This document shows positions 9,704-17,128 of a DNA stretch of 64,000 bases, one piece after another; the stretch's first letter is position 1, and each line of letters starts with the position of its first letter. Below the pieces are notes generated by a model. The model made no database searches, had not been told where the DNA came from, and saw only the letters and a program-made list of their open reading frames with translations. Both the position numbers and the translations under genes were made by a program. The stretch is from a virus: IMG/VR virus record IMGVR_UViG_3300029893_000002; one strand, written 5' to 3'.

Positions 9704-9934
9704 ATGCTAGGCAGGATCGCCAAGACGCTCGAGGTGGTGGACCAGCTCAAGCAGATCCCAGTCGAGGAGCGTCGCTGGCTGCTCGAGGAGTGCAAGACGC
9801 TCGTCCAGCGCTACTACCACTCGGCACGCAAGAGCGCCGAAGCCGGCGGCCCGCACCAAGCCTTCTGGCACATGCGGATGCAGACCTTGAACATCGCCTG
9901 GAACCTCCTGTCCAGCATCAACATCGACCCGTAA
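9704..9934 (+). CDS. Hypothetical protein
   Basis: GGAGG SD; TAATG overlap with next gene. Confidence 0.65.
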   Translation: MLGRIAKTLEVVDQLKQIPVEERRWLLEECKTLVQRYYHSARKSAEAGGPHQAFWHMRMQTLNIAWNLLSSINIDP

Positions 9935-10470
9935 TGCGGACCTGGGAGCGATACACCCTCAAGGACACCGTCGTGCGGTGGCACCGGAAGATGGCCGCCC
10001 GCGGGTTCTTTGACGGCACCGGCGCATCGCAGGTCTATCTACTTCGGTGCAGGAGCTACCACCCGCTGACGGGCACCGGCATCACCTTCACCCGCGACAC
10101 GGGCCACCATTCGAGCGGCTGGTGGAAGAACCCCGACTACGAGCGGTGCTATCACCTGTCGCTGAGCTTCTGGGATCCTCTGACGCGTGCGTCGCGCCCG
10201 CACGATACGAAGCTCGCGAAGGAGTGGGTCGAACTCTTCTTCGGCGACGATCGGCGCAAGCTCTGGTGCGAGCCGCCCTGGAGCGACGACGGCAAGAAGT
10301 ACGACGTCTGGCACTTCCGTCTGTTCTGCGATCCGTCTTGGTCGCCCATCGTGCCGCGCGACGAGGTCTACACGAAGACCTGGACCGAGGCCGGATGGAA
10401 GTCGTGGTCGGACGTCCAGTACGAGCTCGAGGCCTACGATCGCGGTTCCCTGGGCGGCTCCGATGGGTAG
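9934..10470 (+). CDS. Hypothetical protein (RDTGHHSSGWWKNPDYERCYHLSLSF motif)
   Basis: TAATG coupling; aromatic/His-rich sequence. Confidence 0.75.
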   Translation: MRTWERYTLKDTVVRWHRKMAARGFFDGTGASQVYLLRCRSYHPLTGTGITFTRDTGHHSSGWWKNPDYERCYHLSLSFWDPLTRASRPHDTKLAKEWVELFFGDDRRKLWCEPPWSDDGKKYDVWHFRLFCDPSWSPIVPRDEVYTKTWTEAGWKSWSDVQYELEAYDRGSLGGSDG

Positions 10471-10667
10471 CGGCTGTCGCGCTTTCTTCGCCTGTCCTCG
10501 AGCGTCGAGTCGGCGAGCGCGGGGCCCAGAATGCTCATGGCGGTGACGAGAGCGCCGATAGCCTCGGCGGGAGGCGCCTCGACGAGCACGAAGAGCAGGA
10601 TCAGTCCGACAACCGAGCCGAGGAAGCCGAGCGCGATCACTTTGATGCGGAGATCGTGGTCAATCAT
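10434..10667 (-). CDS. Small membrane protein (two hydrophobic segments)
   Basis: ATG 6 nt downstream of TACAAT; hydrophobic stretches. Confidence 0.6.
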   Translation of the reverse strand: MIDHDLRIKVIALGFLGSVVGLILLFVLVEAPPAEAIGALVTAMSILGPALADSTLEDRRRKRDSRYPSEPPREPRS

Positions 10668-10694
10668 ATGGTCATTGTACGATAGAGGTGAGCA

Positions 10695-10907
10695 GTGGTG
10701 CTGAAACGGCCCGTGGGGCAGGCACGGATGGGGGAGGGGAGCCCGTACCGCGTGATCGGCGCATGCCCGTCGTGCGGCGCGATCGTCGAAGTGATGATGC
10801 CCGAGGAGCGGCTCTACACGAGGGAGTATTGGACGTCGGGGGCAGGGGTGCCGAGGTGCCCTGTGGGTTGCAACGTCACCCTCACCGACGTCCACGTCGA
10901 AGACTGA
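10695..10907 (+). CDS. Small Zn-ribbon protein
   Basis: CPSC...CPVGC. Confidence 0.55.
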   Translation: MVLKRPVGQARMGEGSPYRVIGACPSCGAIVEVMMPEERLYTREYWTSGAGVPRCPVGCNVTLTDVHVED

Positions 10908-10918
10908 AAGGGGTAGCC

Positions 10919-11575
10919 ATGACACCGAGCGAGCAGCAAAGACACGACCGCCTGATGCAGCTGGCCGTGGAGGCATTCGCCTCGCACGAGCTACGCCAGC
11001 ACAGGAGCGAACGTTGGCTCATCCAGAGGTGTGACGCCGGCCGCTGGAGCGGCTTCTACTCGGCCGAGATCATCGACGGCGCCCATGGCGAGCTCATCGT
11101 GACCGGCGACATCAACCACGTCATCTTCGCCGGGGGCGACAAGTGCGACCCGCGAGACAGAGTCCGCTGGATCGGCCGTTGCGAGTCGTTCGACTACTAC
11201 GTCCGCCAGAAGGCGGTCATCGGTACGGGCCGCGAGCTCATCGAGACCTACGACGCCGACGTGGCACGGGATGGACTCGCCGAGCTTCGTGCGGAACGGC
11301 TCGAGGCGCTTCGCGAGCGCGGGCTCGGCGCCGATGGCGACCGCTTCCTCGGCATCTACGAGGAGGCCGCGTCCTACCTGAGCGACCGAAGCGAGCTCGT
11401 CTCGTTCCTCTGCGACCGGGGCATTGACCCGGAGGTCCTGGAGGACCTGGGCGTCGTCATCGCTCCTCGGCTCTACTACGCGTACGCCGCCTGCCGCCGG
11501 CTCTCCGAGATCTTCGACGCCCAGGAGGCCGAGGGCTCCAGGCGCCCCGGGACGGGGGAGGCGGTCACCGTCTAA
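10919..11575 (+). CDS. Hypothetical phage protein
   Basis: ATG with purine-rich SD; coherent globular sequence. Confidence 0.75.
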   Translation: MTPSEQQRHDRLMQLAVEAFASHELRQHRSERWLIQRCDAGRWSGFYSAEIIDGAHGELIVTGDINHVIFAGGDKCDPRDRVRWIGRCESFDYYVRQKAVIGTGRELIETYDADVARDGLAELRAERLEALRERGLGADGDRFLGIYEEAASYLSDRSELVSFLCDRGIDPEVLEDLGVVIAPRLYYAYAACRRLSEIFDAQEAEGSRRPGTGEAVTV

Positions 11576-11966
11576 CCGCCGAGAGGATCGCCTCTCGGGC
11601 GGTCAGGCTCCCGAACGGCGCCACGGTGAGCTCCTGCCACCCTCGGCGCTCGAGGACGGCGCCGATCTGCGCAGCCCCCTCCTCGTCGTTGCTCCAGACG
11701 AGGACCGGTACGTCGGATAGAGCGCGGTCGATCTGTCGGGCGACGTACTCACCGGTCCCGTCGGACACGTGGTAGTCCAGGATGACCAGCGCCACCGGGT
11801 AGTCGATGGAGGCCGCCCGGTTGGCCTGCTCGACGAACGTCTCGACGCTGTCGGTCGCGTAGACGGCGACGTCGAGGCGACCGAGGACGCGCCCGAGCCA
11901 CCGGAGGCGGTCGTTGCTGTCCTCAAGCACCATCACCACGGGTGCGGTCGGCGGATCCGAGCTCAC
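11565..11966 (-). CDS. Standalone receiver-fold protein, probably cyclic-phosphate-processing receiver family
   Basis: VMVLED..RL.W, VILDYH, TGEY, VWSN..GA pattern. Confidence 0.7.
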   Translation of the reverse strand: MSSDPPTAPVVMVLEDSNDRLRWLGRVLGRLDVAVYATDSVETFVEQANRAASIDYPVALVILDYHVSDGTGEYVARQIDRALSDVPVLVWSNDEEGAAQIGAVLERRGWQELTVAPFGSLTAREAILSAVRR

Positions 11967-12052
11967 GGTGGGGAGGATCCCACGCAGCTCGATGGGCCTT
12001 CAAGCCCCGGTCCGTGGTAGACTCCCTGTCGCTACGTTCGGGAGGCCCGCTG

Positions 12053-12256
12053 ATGCACCGGTGCATTCACTGCGGAAGGCCCACGTTCGGCCTTTCGCCC
12101 GATCACGAGGTCGTGTGCGCCATCGTTCGGCGCATTCGGACCCCGGAGATCCGCGAGATGCTGTTCGATCTCTGGGGGGCCGAGGAGGCTCCTCCGATCA
12201 AGGGCCCGCGGCCGACGCGCCCCGAGGCGCGCCGCTTCGTCGCGGGAGGCAACTAG
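12053..12256 (+). CDS. Small Zn-binding hypothetical protein
   Basis: CIHC; GGAGG SD. Confidence 0.55.
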   Translation: MHRCIHCGRPTFGLSPDHEVVCAIVRRIRTPEIREMLFDLWGAEEAPPIKGPRPTRPEARRFVAGGN

Positions 12257-12283
12257 CGGTAGGATCCGCGCGAGGAGGATTCC

Positions 12284-12664
12284 ATGGACCTGAAAGACAC
12301 CGTGTATGGCACCGGCGAGGAGCTCCCCGTGCGGTTCGACCAGCTGCTCGAGTGGGTGGAGCGCGCCGGCCCGTACGAGCAACGCGCCTACGTGACCGGG
12401 AAGAAGCACCGAACCGACGAGTTCGGCAAGCCTCGGCTCGACGAGCCGGCCGCCATCTACGAGATCGGCATCATCTGGCACGACTACCACGAACAGCAGT
12501 CGGAGGTCGTCGTGCCGCGGATCACCGTCACGGCCAAGGGCCGCTCGCTCGAGAGCTACGACGACGCGGTCCGCCGCGCCTTCGACGAGGTGCGCGCCGA
12601 CCTCGACAGCATCGCGTCGCACGACATCGAGGAGCTGCGCGGTCGGCTCGGCGTTCCTCGCTGA
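12284..12664 (+). CDS. Hypothetical protein
   Basis: GAGGAGG SD; converges on the tRNA array. Confidence 0.75.
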   Translation: MDLKDTVYGTGEELPVRFDQLLEWVERAGPYEQRAYVTGKKHRTDEFGKPRLDEPAAIYEIGIIWHDYHEQQSEVVVPRITVTAKGRSLESYDDAVRRAFDEVRADLDSIASHDIEELRGRLGVPR

Positions 12665-12668
12665 TCGG

Positions 12669-12739
12669 CTCGGGGAGCAGGAGTCGAACCCACACAGCCG
12701 GATCCAAAGGCCGGCGTCCTACCGTTAGACGATCCCCGA
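12669..12739 (-). tRNA. tRNA-Gln(TTG)
   Basis: Cloverleaf; loop CTTTGGA. Confidence 0.85.
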
Positions 12740-12743
12740 CAGG

Positions 12744-12817
12744 CGACCCGGACGGGACTCGAACCCGCATCCACCGGCTTGAAAGGCCGGCTGCCGGACC
12801 AATCAGCATCCCGGGCC
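12744..12817 (-). tRNA. tRNA-Glu(TTC)
   Basis: Cloverleaf; loop CTTTCAA. Confidence 0.85.
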
Positions 12818-12822
12818 ATCGG

Positions 12823-12896
12823 AGCCCCCGACGGGGATCGAACCCGCAACCTCCGGAGTACGAAACCGGCGCGCTTCCATCCTGCGCTTCGGGGGC
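12823..12896 (-). tRNA. tRNA-Thr(CGT)
   Basis: Cloverleaf; loop TTCGTAC. Confidence 0.85.
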
Positions 12897-12901
12897 GTCT
12901 G

Positions 12902-12971
12902 AGCCGGCGGCGGGAGTCGAACCCGCGGGGCCCGATTACAAAACGGGGTGCCCTCCAGTGGGCGCGCCGGC
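12902..12971 (-). tRNA. tRNA-Thr(TGT)
   Basis: Cloverleaf with short D arm; loop TTTGTAA. Confidence 0.75.
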
Positions 12972-12987
12972 GCCGAAGGATTCCGCC

Positions 12988-13065
12988 TGGCGTCCCCGGG
13001 GGGAGTTGAACCCTCCGTCTCCGGATTGAGAGTCCGGTATCCTTGGCCTGCTAGACGACGGGGAC
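12988..13065 (-). tRNA. tRNA-Glu(CTC)
   Basis: Cloverleaf; loop CTCTCAA; CCA encoded. Confidence 0.9.
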
Positions 13066-13071
13066 AAAACC

Positions 13072-13491
13072 ATGTGGATCGCAGCCGCAGCTATCGTCAC
13101 CTTGCTCCTGGCATGGACGGGAGGCCGCTACCGAAGTCGCGCGCTCGAGATGCTTCCACCCGAGAATCTCGACGCGACCCTCTACTGCAGGGGATGCGGC
13201 ACTCGGCACCCGGTCCCTCCTCACCGGCTCCGCTACCGCATCTACCGCTTCGTGACCATGCCGCTCGCCGGCATCTTCTACGCGGTCGCCATCCTTCGGC
13301 GCCGGCGCTACCACGTGCTTCTGGCCGAGGCGGCCGTGCAGGTGGCCGTCGGGATCATCCGCGGCACGCGAGGCGACGCGGACATCGACGCGCTCGTCGG
13401 GCTCGCGCTCACTCACAACGTGCCGTTCGACCCCGACGGGATCGCGCAGCTGCGGCATGGCGTGCGCATTCGCGACATGCACATGCGATAG
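13072..13491 (+). CDS. Membrane-associated hypothetical protein inserted antisense in the tRNA array
   Basis: Fills the gap between two tRNAs; N-terminal hydrophobic helix, CRGC. Confidence 0.6.
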   Translation: MWIAAAAIVTLLLAWTGGRYRSRALEMLPPENLDATLYCRGCGTRHPVPPHRLRYRIYRFVTMPLAGIFYAVAILRRRRYHVLLAEAAVQVAVGIIRGTRGDADIDALVGLALTHNVPFDPDGIAQLRHGVRIRDMHMR

Positions 13492-13564
13492 AGCGGCCGG
13501 CGGGAGTCGAACCCAGCGCTTCCGCGTTGGCAACGCGGCGTGCCACCAACAACACCTCGGCCGC
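13492..13564 (-). tRNA. tRNA-Gly(GCC)
   Basis: Cloverleaf; loop TTGCCAA. Confidence 0.85.
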
Positions 13565-13571
13565 AGCTCGG

Positions 13572-13657
13572 CGGAAGATGGAGGAGTCGAACCTCCGCCC
13601 CCGAAGGGACGACCCGGGTAGCAACCGGGCGCCGGGACCACCCCGGCCTCACCTTCC
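13572..13657 (-). tRNA. tRNA-Ser(GCT)
   Basis: Long variable arm; loop TTGCTAC. Confidence 0.9.
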
Positions 13658-13659
13658 AG

Positions 13660-13745
13660 CGGAAGACGGAGGAGTCGAACCCCTACCGCTCGCGCGGCAC
13701 CACCGGTCTTCGAGGCCGGTTGCCCTCCTGTGGGCGGCGTCTTCC
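13660..13745 (-). tRNA. tRNA-Ser(CGA)
   Basis: Long variable arm; loop CTCGAAG. Confidence 0.85.
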
Positions 13746-13747
13746 CG

Positions 13748-13836
13748 TGGCGGAAGGAGGGGGAGTCGAACCCCCAAGGCGTCGAGCGCTCGCCCCGCTT
13801 CCAACGGGGTCCCGTCACCATTCGGGTTGCCCTTCC
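13748..13836 (-). tRNA. tRNA-Ser(GGA)
   Basis: Long variable arm; loop TTGGAAG; CCA. Confidence 0.9.
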
Positions 13837-13839
13837 AGC

Positions 13840-13928
13840 TGGCGGAGGACGGAGGAGTCGAACCCCTACCGCTCGCGCGGCACCGACGGCATTCAAGGCC
13901 GTTCGCGCTCCAGTGCGCGGCGTCCTCC
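13840..13928 (-). tRNA. tRNA-Ser(TGA)
   Basis: Long variable arm; loop CTTGAAT; CCA. Confidence 0.88.
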
Positions 13929-13932
13929 CTAG

Positions 13933-14004
13933 TCGGGGTGGCGGGAGTCGAACCCGCGACCTCCTGTTCCCGAAACAGGCGCGCTTCCGCTGCGCTACAC
14001 CCCG
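13933..14004 (-). tRNA. tRNA-Pro(CGG)
   Basis: C1-G72; loop TTCGGGA. Confidence 0.9.
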
Positions 14005-14034
14005 GTGCGGCCGCCCAAATGGGCCCGGCCGCGT

Positions 14035-14562
14035 TCAGTCCTGCTCGAGCGCCCCGTGCCAGTAGAGCCAGTTGGCCCAGGCCTCCGGGATCGACGACGC
14101 GTTGTCGACCCGGAAGGCGACGACCGGCAGCCAGTTCGGCTTGATGGGCCGCTTGAGCAGCGTCATCCCGGCCTGCTCGGGCGTGCGGTTGCCCTTCTTC
14201 TCGTTGCAGCCGTAGCAGGCCATGACGATGTTCTCCCACCTCGTCCTTCCGCCATGCGCTCGAGGGATGACGTGGTCGTAGGTGAGCTTCTTGAGCGGAA
14301 AGCGGCCGCCGCAATACTGGCACCGGAACTCGTCCCGCGTAGCCACGTTGATGCGGCTGAACTTGATGGAGCGTCGCCGTCCGCGGACCGCCCGCAGCAG
14401 CCGCACCACCGCGGGCATCTTGATGACCAACGTGACCGACCGAATCTCCTCGTCGTACTCCTCGAGGACCTCGACCTTGCCGTCGAAGATCATGCAGACC
14501 GCGCGCTTCCAGTCGACGATTCGGTGGGGCTGGTAGCCCTGATCCAAAACGAGCGTGCGCAT
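14035..14562 (-). CDS. HNH endonuclease (McrA-like) embedded in the tRNA array
   Basis: RDEFRCQYCG, TYDHVIPRAHGG, ACYGCNEKKGN. Confidence 0.9.
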   Translation of the reverse strand: MRTLVLDQGYQPHRIVDWKRAVCMIFDGKVEVLEEYDEEIRSVTLVIKMPAVVRLLRAVRGRRRSIKFSRINVATRDEFRCQYCGGRFPLKKLTYDHVIPRAHGGRTRWENIVMACYGCNEKKGNRTPEQAGMTLLKRPIKPNWLPVVAFRVDNASSIPEAWANWLYWHGALEQD

Positions 14563-14585
14563 GGTGTCCTCCGAGAGAGTAACGG

Positions 14586-14671
14586 TGCGGACCGAGGGAG
14601 TCGAACCCTCACGGCCACGATGGGCCGCCGGGGTTTGAGCCCGGCGCGTCTGCCTGTTCCGCCAGGTCCGC
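14586..14671 (-). tRNA. tRNA-Leu(CAA)
   Basis: Long variable arm; loop CTCAAAC. Confidence 0.9.
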
Positions 14672-14672
14672 T

Positions 14673-14761
14673 TGGTGCAGAGAGAGGGAGTCGAACCCTC
14701 ACGGCCGCAATGGGCCACCGGCTCCTGAGGCCGGCGCGTCTTCCTGTTCCGCCACCTCTGC
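14673..14761 (-). tRNA. tRNA-Leu(CAG)
   Basis: Long variable arm; loop CTCAGGA; CCA. Confidence 0.9.
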
Positions 14762-14763
14762 GC

Positions 14764-14849
14764 TGGTACCTGGGACAGGAGTCGAACCTGCACGGGCCGA
14801 GGCCCACCTGGTCCTTAGCCAGGCGCGTCTGCCGTTCCGCCACCCAGGC
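14764..14849 (-). tRNA. tRNA-Leu(AAG)
   Basis: Leu-type body; stem CCTGG/CCAGG, loop CTAAGGA; CCA. Confidence 0.85.
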
Positions 14850-14857
14850 GCATCTCT

Positions 14858-14933
14858 TGGTACCCGAGCTCGGGGTCGAACCGAGGGCCTCCGCCGTGTG
14901 AAAGCGGCGCTCTTCCGTCTGAGCTACTCGGGC
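14858..14933 (-). tRNA. tRNA-Val(CAC)
   Basis: Stem CCGCT/GGCGG, loop TTCACAC; CCA. Confidence 0.85.
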
Positions 14934-14934
14934 A

Positions 14935-15009
14935 TGGTCGGAGCGGCGGGGATCGAACCCGCGACCTCCGGTCCCCCAGACCGGCGCGCTTCCGCTGCGC
15001 TACGCTCCG
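14935..15009 (-). tRNA. tRNA-Pro(GGG)
   Basis: C1-G72; loop CTGGGGG; CCA. Confidence 0.9.
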
Positions 15010-15010
15010 G

Positions 15011-15080
15011 TACCGCCGGAGGGAATCGAACCCTCGCCGACACCCGTATGAGAGGCGCGTCCATTCCAACGGTCGGCGGT
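15011..15080 (-). tRNA. Atypical tRNA with CAT anticodon (Met?)
   Basis: A1-U72, wobble-rich anticodon stem, loop CTCATAC, intact T arm. Confidence 0.6.
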
Positions 15081-15081
15081 G

Positions 15082-15155
15082 TTGCGGGGGACGGAATCGA
15101 ACCGTCGTCGTCCCTGGGTTATGAGCCCGGGATGGGAGCCAACACCCTCCCCGCG
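15082..15155 (-). tRNA. tRNA-fMet(CAT)
   Basis: C1.A72 mismatch; GGG/CCC in anticodon stem. Confidence 0.85.
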
Positions 15156-15156
15156 G

Positions 15157-15233
15157 CGCCCTCGGCAGGACTCGAACCTGCACAATGTCCCGGCTTCGGA
15201 GGCCGGCGCTCTGTCCGGTTGAGCTACGAGGGC
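15157..15233 (-). tRNA. tRNA-Arg(CCG)
   Basis: Loop CTCCGAA. Confidence 0.88.
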
Positions 15234-15236
15234 AGC

Positions 15237-15311
15237 TGGCACCCGCACCAGGAGTCGAACCCAGATCTTCCGGTCCGTAGCCGGACGCTCTATCCGTTGA
15301 GCTATGCGGGC
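15237..15311 (-). tRNA. tRNA-Arg(ACG)
   Basis: Loop CTACGGA; CCA. Confidence 0.9.
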
Positions 15312-15314
15312 ATG

Positions 15315-15390
15315 TGGCGCTCCCGTGAGGACTCGAACCCCAACAGGCCGGATTAGAACGCCGGCTGCCGATCCGATCGGCGTCGGGAGC
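15315..15390 (-). tRNA. tRNA-Arg(TCT) with 9-nt anticodon loop
   Basis: Stem GCCGG/CCGGC enclosing CGTTCTAAT; G73; sits in the Arg group; CCA. Confidence 0.7.
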
Positions 15391-15391
15391 G

Positions 15392-15464
15392 TGGAGACGC
15401 GAGCGAGAATCGAACTCGCCTACGCCGGGTTGCAGCCGGCGGTGGTCAGCCAGACCGTCGCGTC
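15392..15464 (-). tRNA. tRNA-Cys(GCA)
   Basis: Loop CTGCAAC; U73; CCA. Confidence 0.85.
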
Positions 15465-15805
15465 AAGTTGTCGATGACCGCTACGCGGCCCGTTTTGTAG
15501 ATGACGATGCGGCAGCCTGCCGGTTCCACGACGGTACGCATGAGGTCACGCCGGACATCATGGCGGAGCTCCGCACCCCGTATGGCCTCGTTGAAATCGA
15601 GGTCGTCTGGTACGTTCCCGAGCGCGTGATACCGGCACAACGCATGACGGACCGCGCACCATACCTCCTGGTCGATGTCCTCGGCACCATGACGTGCGCC
15701 GCACCGGCACACGTAGGAGCTTTGCTTTCCGATGGTGGCAAAAAGACTGTACCCGCACTCGCAGATCAGATCGTCGCCACGCAACAGTGGTTGGTACATC
15801 CCCAC
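15446..15805 (-). CDS. Cys-rich ORF resembling the Zn-ribbon/C-terminal part of a large serine recombinase
   Basis: LLRG..ICECG..YVCRCG..IDQEVW; fills a gap in the array but overlaps tRNA-Cys 5' end. Confidence 0.4.
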   Translation of the reverse strand: MGMYQPLLRGDDLICECGYSLFATIGKQSSYVCRCGARHGAEDIDQEVWCAVRHALCRYHALGNVPDDLDFNEAIRGAELRHDVRRDLMRTVVEPAGCRIVIYKTGRVAVIDNLTRRSG

Positions 15806-15814
15806 ATTCTAACA

Positions 15815-15889
15815 TGGAGCGGCTGGCGGGAATCGAACCCGCATCACTGGGTTGGAAGCCCAGGGCCCTAGCCAATAGACCACAGCCGC
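15815..15889 (-). tRNA. tRNA-Gly(TCC)
   Basis: Loop CTTCCAA; CCA. Confidence 0.9.
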
Positions 15890-15893
15890 GAAC

Positions 15894-15968
15894 TGGTGGA
15901 CCCGGTCGGAATCGAACCGACGACCCCCTGCGTGCAAAACAGGTGCTCTCCCGCTGAGCTACGAGCCC
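15894..15968 (-). tRNA. tRNA-Ala(TGC)
   Basis: G3.U70; loop TTTGCAC; CCA. Confidence 0.9.
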
Positions 15969-15975
15969 TCTCGAG

Positions 15976-16048
15976 TGGAACCGGCGGGAGTCGAACCCGC
16001 GACCTCCTCATTGCGAACGAGGCGCTCTCCCGGCTGAGCTACGGCCCC
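15976..16048 (-). tRNA. tRNA-Ala(CGC)
   Basis: G3.U70; loop TTCGCAA. Confidence 0.9.
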
Positions 16049-16049
16049 G

Positions 16050-16091
16050 AAAAAGCGCGAGCCCGACCGGCTTTCACCGACGGGCCCGCGC
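16050..16091 (-). terminator. Intrinsic terminator-like hairpin inside the tRNA array
   Basis: GCGCGGGCCCG-TCGGT-GAAA-GCCGG-TCGGGCTCGCGC followed by TTTTT. Confidence 0.6.
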
Positions 16092-16117
16092 ACATCCATG
16101 GCGTCTATTTCGGCAGG

Positions 16118-16189
16118 TTGCGGGGGGAGGAGTCGAACCTCCGACCTCTAGGTTATGAGCCTAGTGAGCTACCGCTGCTCTACCCCACA
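16118..16189 (-). tRNA. fMet-like tRNA(CAT), variant
   Basis: fMet-type D arm (GAGC..GCTC), U1-A72, anticodon stem CTAGG/CCTAG. Confidence 0.75.
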
Positions 16190-16213
16190 CACGCCGCCGA
16201 AGATAGCACACGG

Positions 16214-16286
16214 TGGAAGCGGAGGGAATCGAACCCTCGACCTTCGGCGTGCCACGCCGACGCTCTCCCAACTGAGCTACGCCCCC
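16214..16286 (-). tRNA. tRNA-Ala(GGC)
   Basis: G3.U70; loop GTGGCAC. Confidence 0.88.
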
Positions 16287-16292
16287 ATGCGG

Positions 16293-16366
16293 TCGTCCCG
16301 GAGGGAATCGAACCCCCGGCCTCCAGCGTGTCGAGCTGGCGCTCTTCCTGTCTGAGCTACGGGACG
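16293..16366 (-). tRNA. tRNA-Val(GAC), C33 variant
   Basis: Loop TCGACAC. Confidence 0.8.
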
Positions 16367-16368
16367 GT

Positions 16369-16442
16369 TGGACCAGGAGGGAGTCGAACCCACGACGTCC
16401 CGGTTATGAGCCGGGGGCTCTCACCAGCTGAGCTACTGGTCC
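16369..16442 (-). tRNA. tRNA-Ile2(CAT), probable lysidine-modified
   Basis: G1-C72; C4-G69 and C5-G68 (known TilS determinants); loop CTCATAA. Confidence 0.75.
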
Positions 16443-16448
16443 ATTCGG

Positions 16449-16521
16449 TACTGCCGCCTGGAATCGAACCAGGAGCAACCCGCTTATCAGGCGGGTCAGG
16501 TCAACCAGACCGTCCGGCAGC
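16449..16521 (-). tRNA. tRNA-Ile(GAT)
   Basis: Loop CTGATAA. Confidence 0.8.
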
Positions 16522-16522
16522 A

Positions 16523-16600
16523 TGGGGTGACCGAGGGGAATCGAACCCCCACCTCCAGGGCCACAACCTGGCGTGCAGCAACCACTACACCACGGCCACC
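16523..16600 (-). tRNA. tRNA-His(GTG)
   Basis: G-1, C73; loop TTGTGGC; CCA. Confidence 0.9.
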
Positions 16601-16618
16601 ACAGGCAGTCACCACCGG

Positions 16619-16692
16619 AGCCCCCGACCGGCGTCGAACCGGCAACCTCCCGCGTACCAGGCGGGCGCTCTTCCGTCCTGAGCTTCGGGGGC
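16619..16692 (-). tRNA. tRNA-Thr(GGT)
   Basis: Loop CTGGTAC. Confidence 0.88.
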
Positions 16693-16693
16693 G

Positions 16694-16766
16694 CACTGCC
16701 GGCAGGACTCGAACCTGCGTCCTCCCGTTTAGGAAACGGGTGCCTCGTCCACTAGGCTACGGCAGC
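16694..16766 (-). tRNA. tRNA-Arg(CCT)
   Basis: Loop TTCCTAA. Confidence 0.88.
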
Positions 16767-16771
16767 ATCGG

Positions 16772-16858
16772 TGGGGAGGGAGGGAGTCGAACCCACTCAG
16801 ACGCGATGGCCACTCGGTTTACAGCCGAGCCCGGCTCTCCAATCTCCGGCGCCTCCCC
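16772..16858 (-). tRNA. tRNA-Tyr(GTA)
   Basis: Long variable arm; loop CTGTAAA. Confidence 0.88.
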
Positions 16859-16901
16859 GCGTTTTAGCCTCGAGCGCGATTGCGAACGCAACCGCTAACC
16901 G

Positions 16902-16973
16902 TCGGGGTGACAGGAATCGAACCTGCCCGGTCCTGCCCCCAAAGCAGGCGCTCCGCCTTGGAGCATCACCCCG
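16902..16973 (-). tRNA. tRNA-Pro(TGG)
   Basis: C1-G72; loop TTTGGGG. Confidence 0.85.
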
Positions 16974-16974
16974 G

Positions 16975-17047
16975 TGCCACGAGCTGGATTTGAACCAACG
17001 CACCCCGGGCTTCAACCGGGCGCTCTACCGGACTGAGCTATCGTGGC
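16975..17047 (-). tRNA. tRNA-Phe(GAA)
   Basis: Loop TTGAAGC. Confidence 0.88.
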
Positions 17048-17053
17048 AGTACG

Positions 17054-17128
17054 TGGCGGCGCGTACGGGAATCGAACCCGTGCCCCCCGATGGACAGTCG
17101 GGGATCCTCGCCACTGGACCAACGCGCC
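17054..17128 (-). tRNA. tRNA-Asp(GTC)
   Basis: Loop CTGTCCA; CCA. Confidence 0.9.

Noticed and set aside
14858-14933. tRNA-Sec or opal suppressor (TCA)
   Set aside because: The correct stem register gives loop TTCACAC (CAC, Val); no long variable arm or extended acceptor stem.
15315-15390. Amber suppressor tRNA (CTA)
   Set aside because: Symmetric pairing centres TCT in the loop with U33/A37, and the gene sits in the Arg group; CTA needs an off-centre register.
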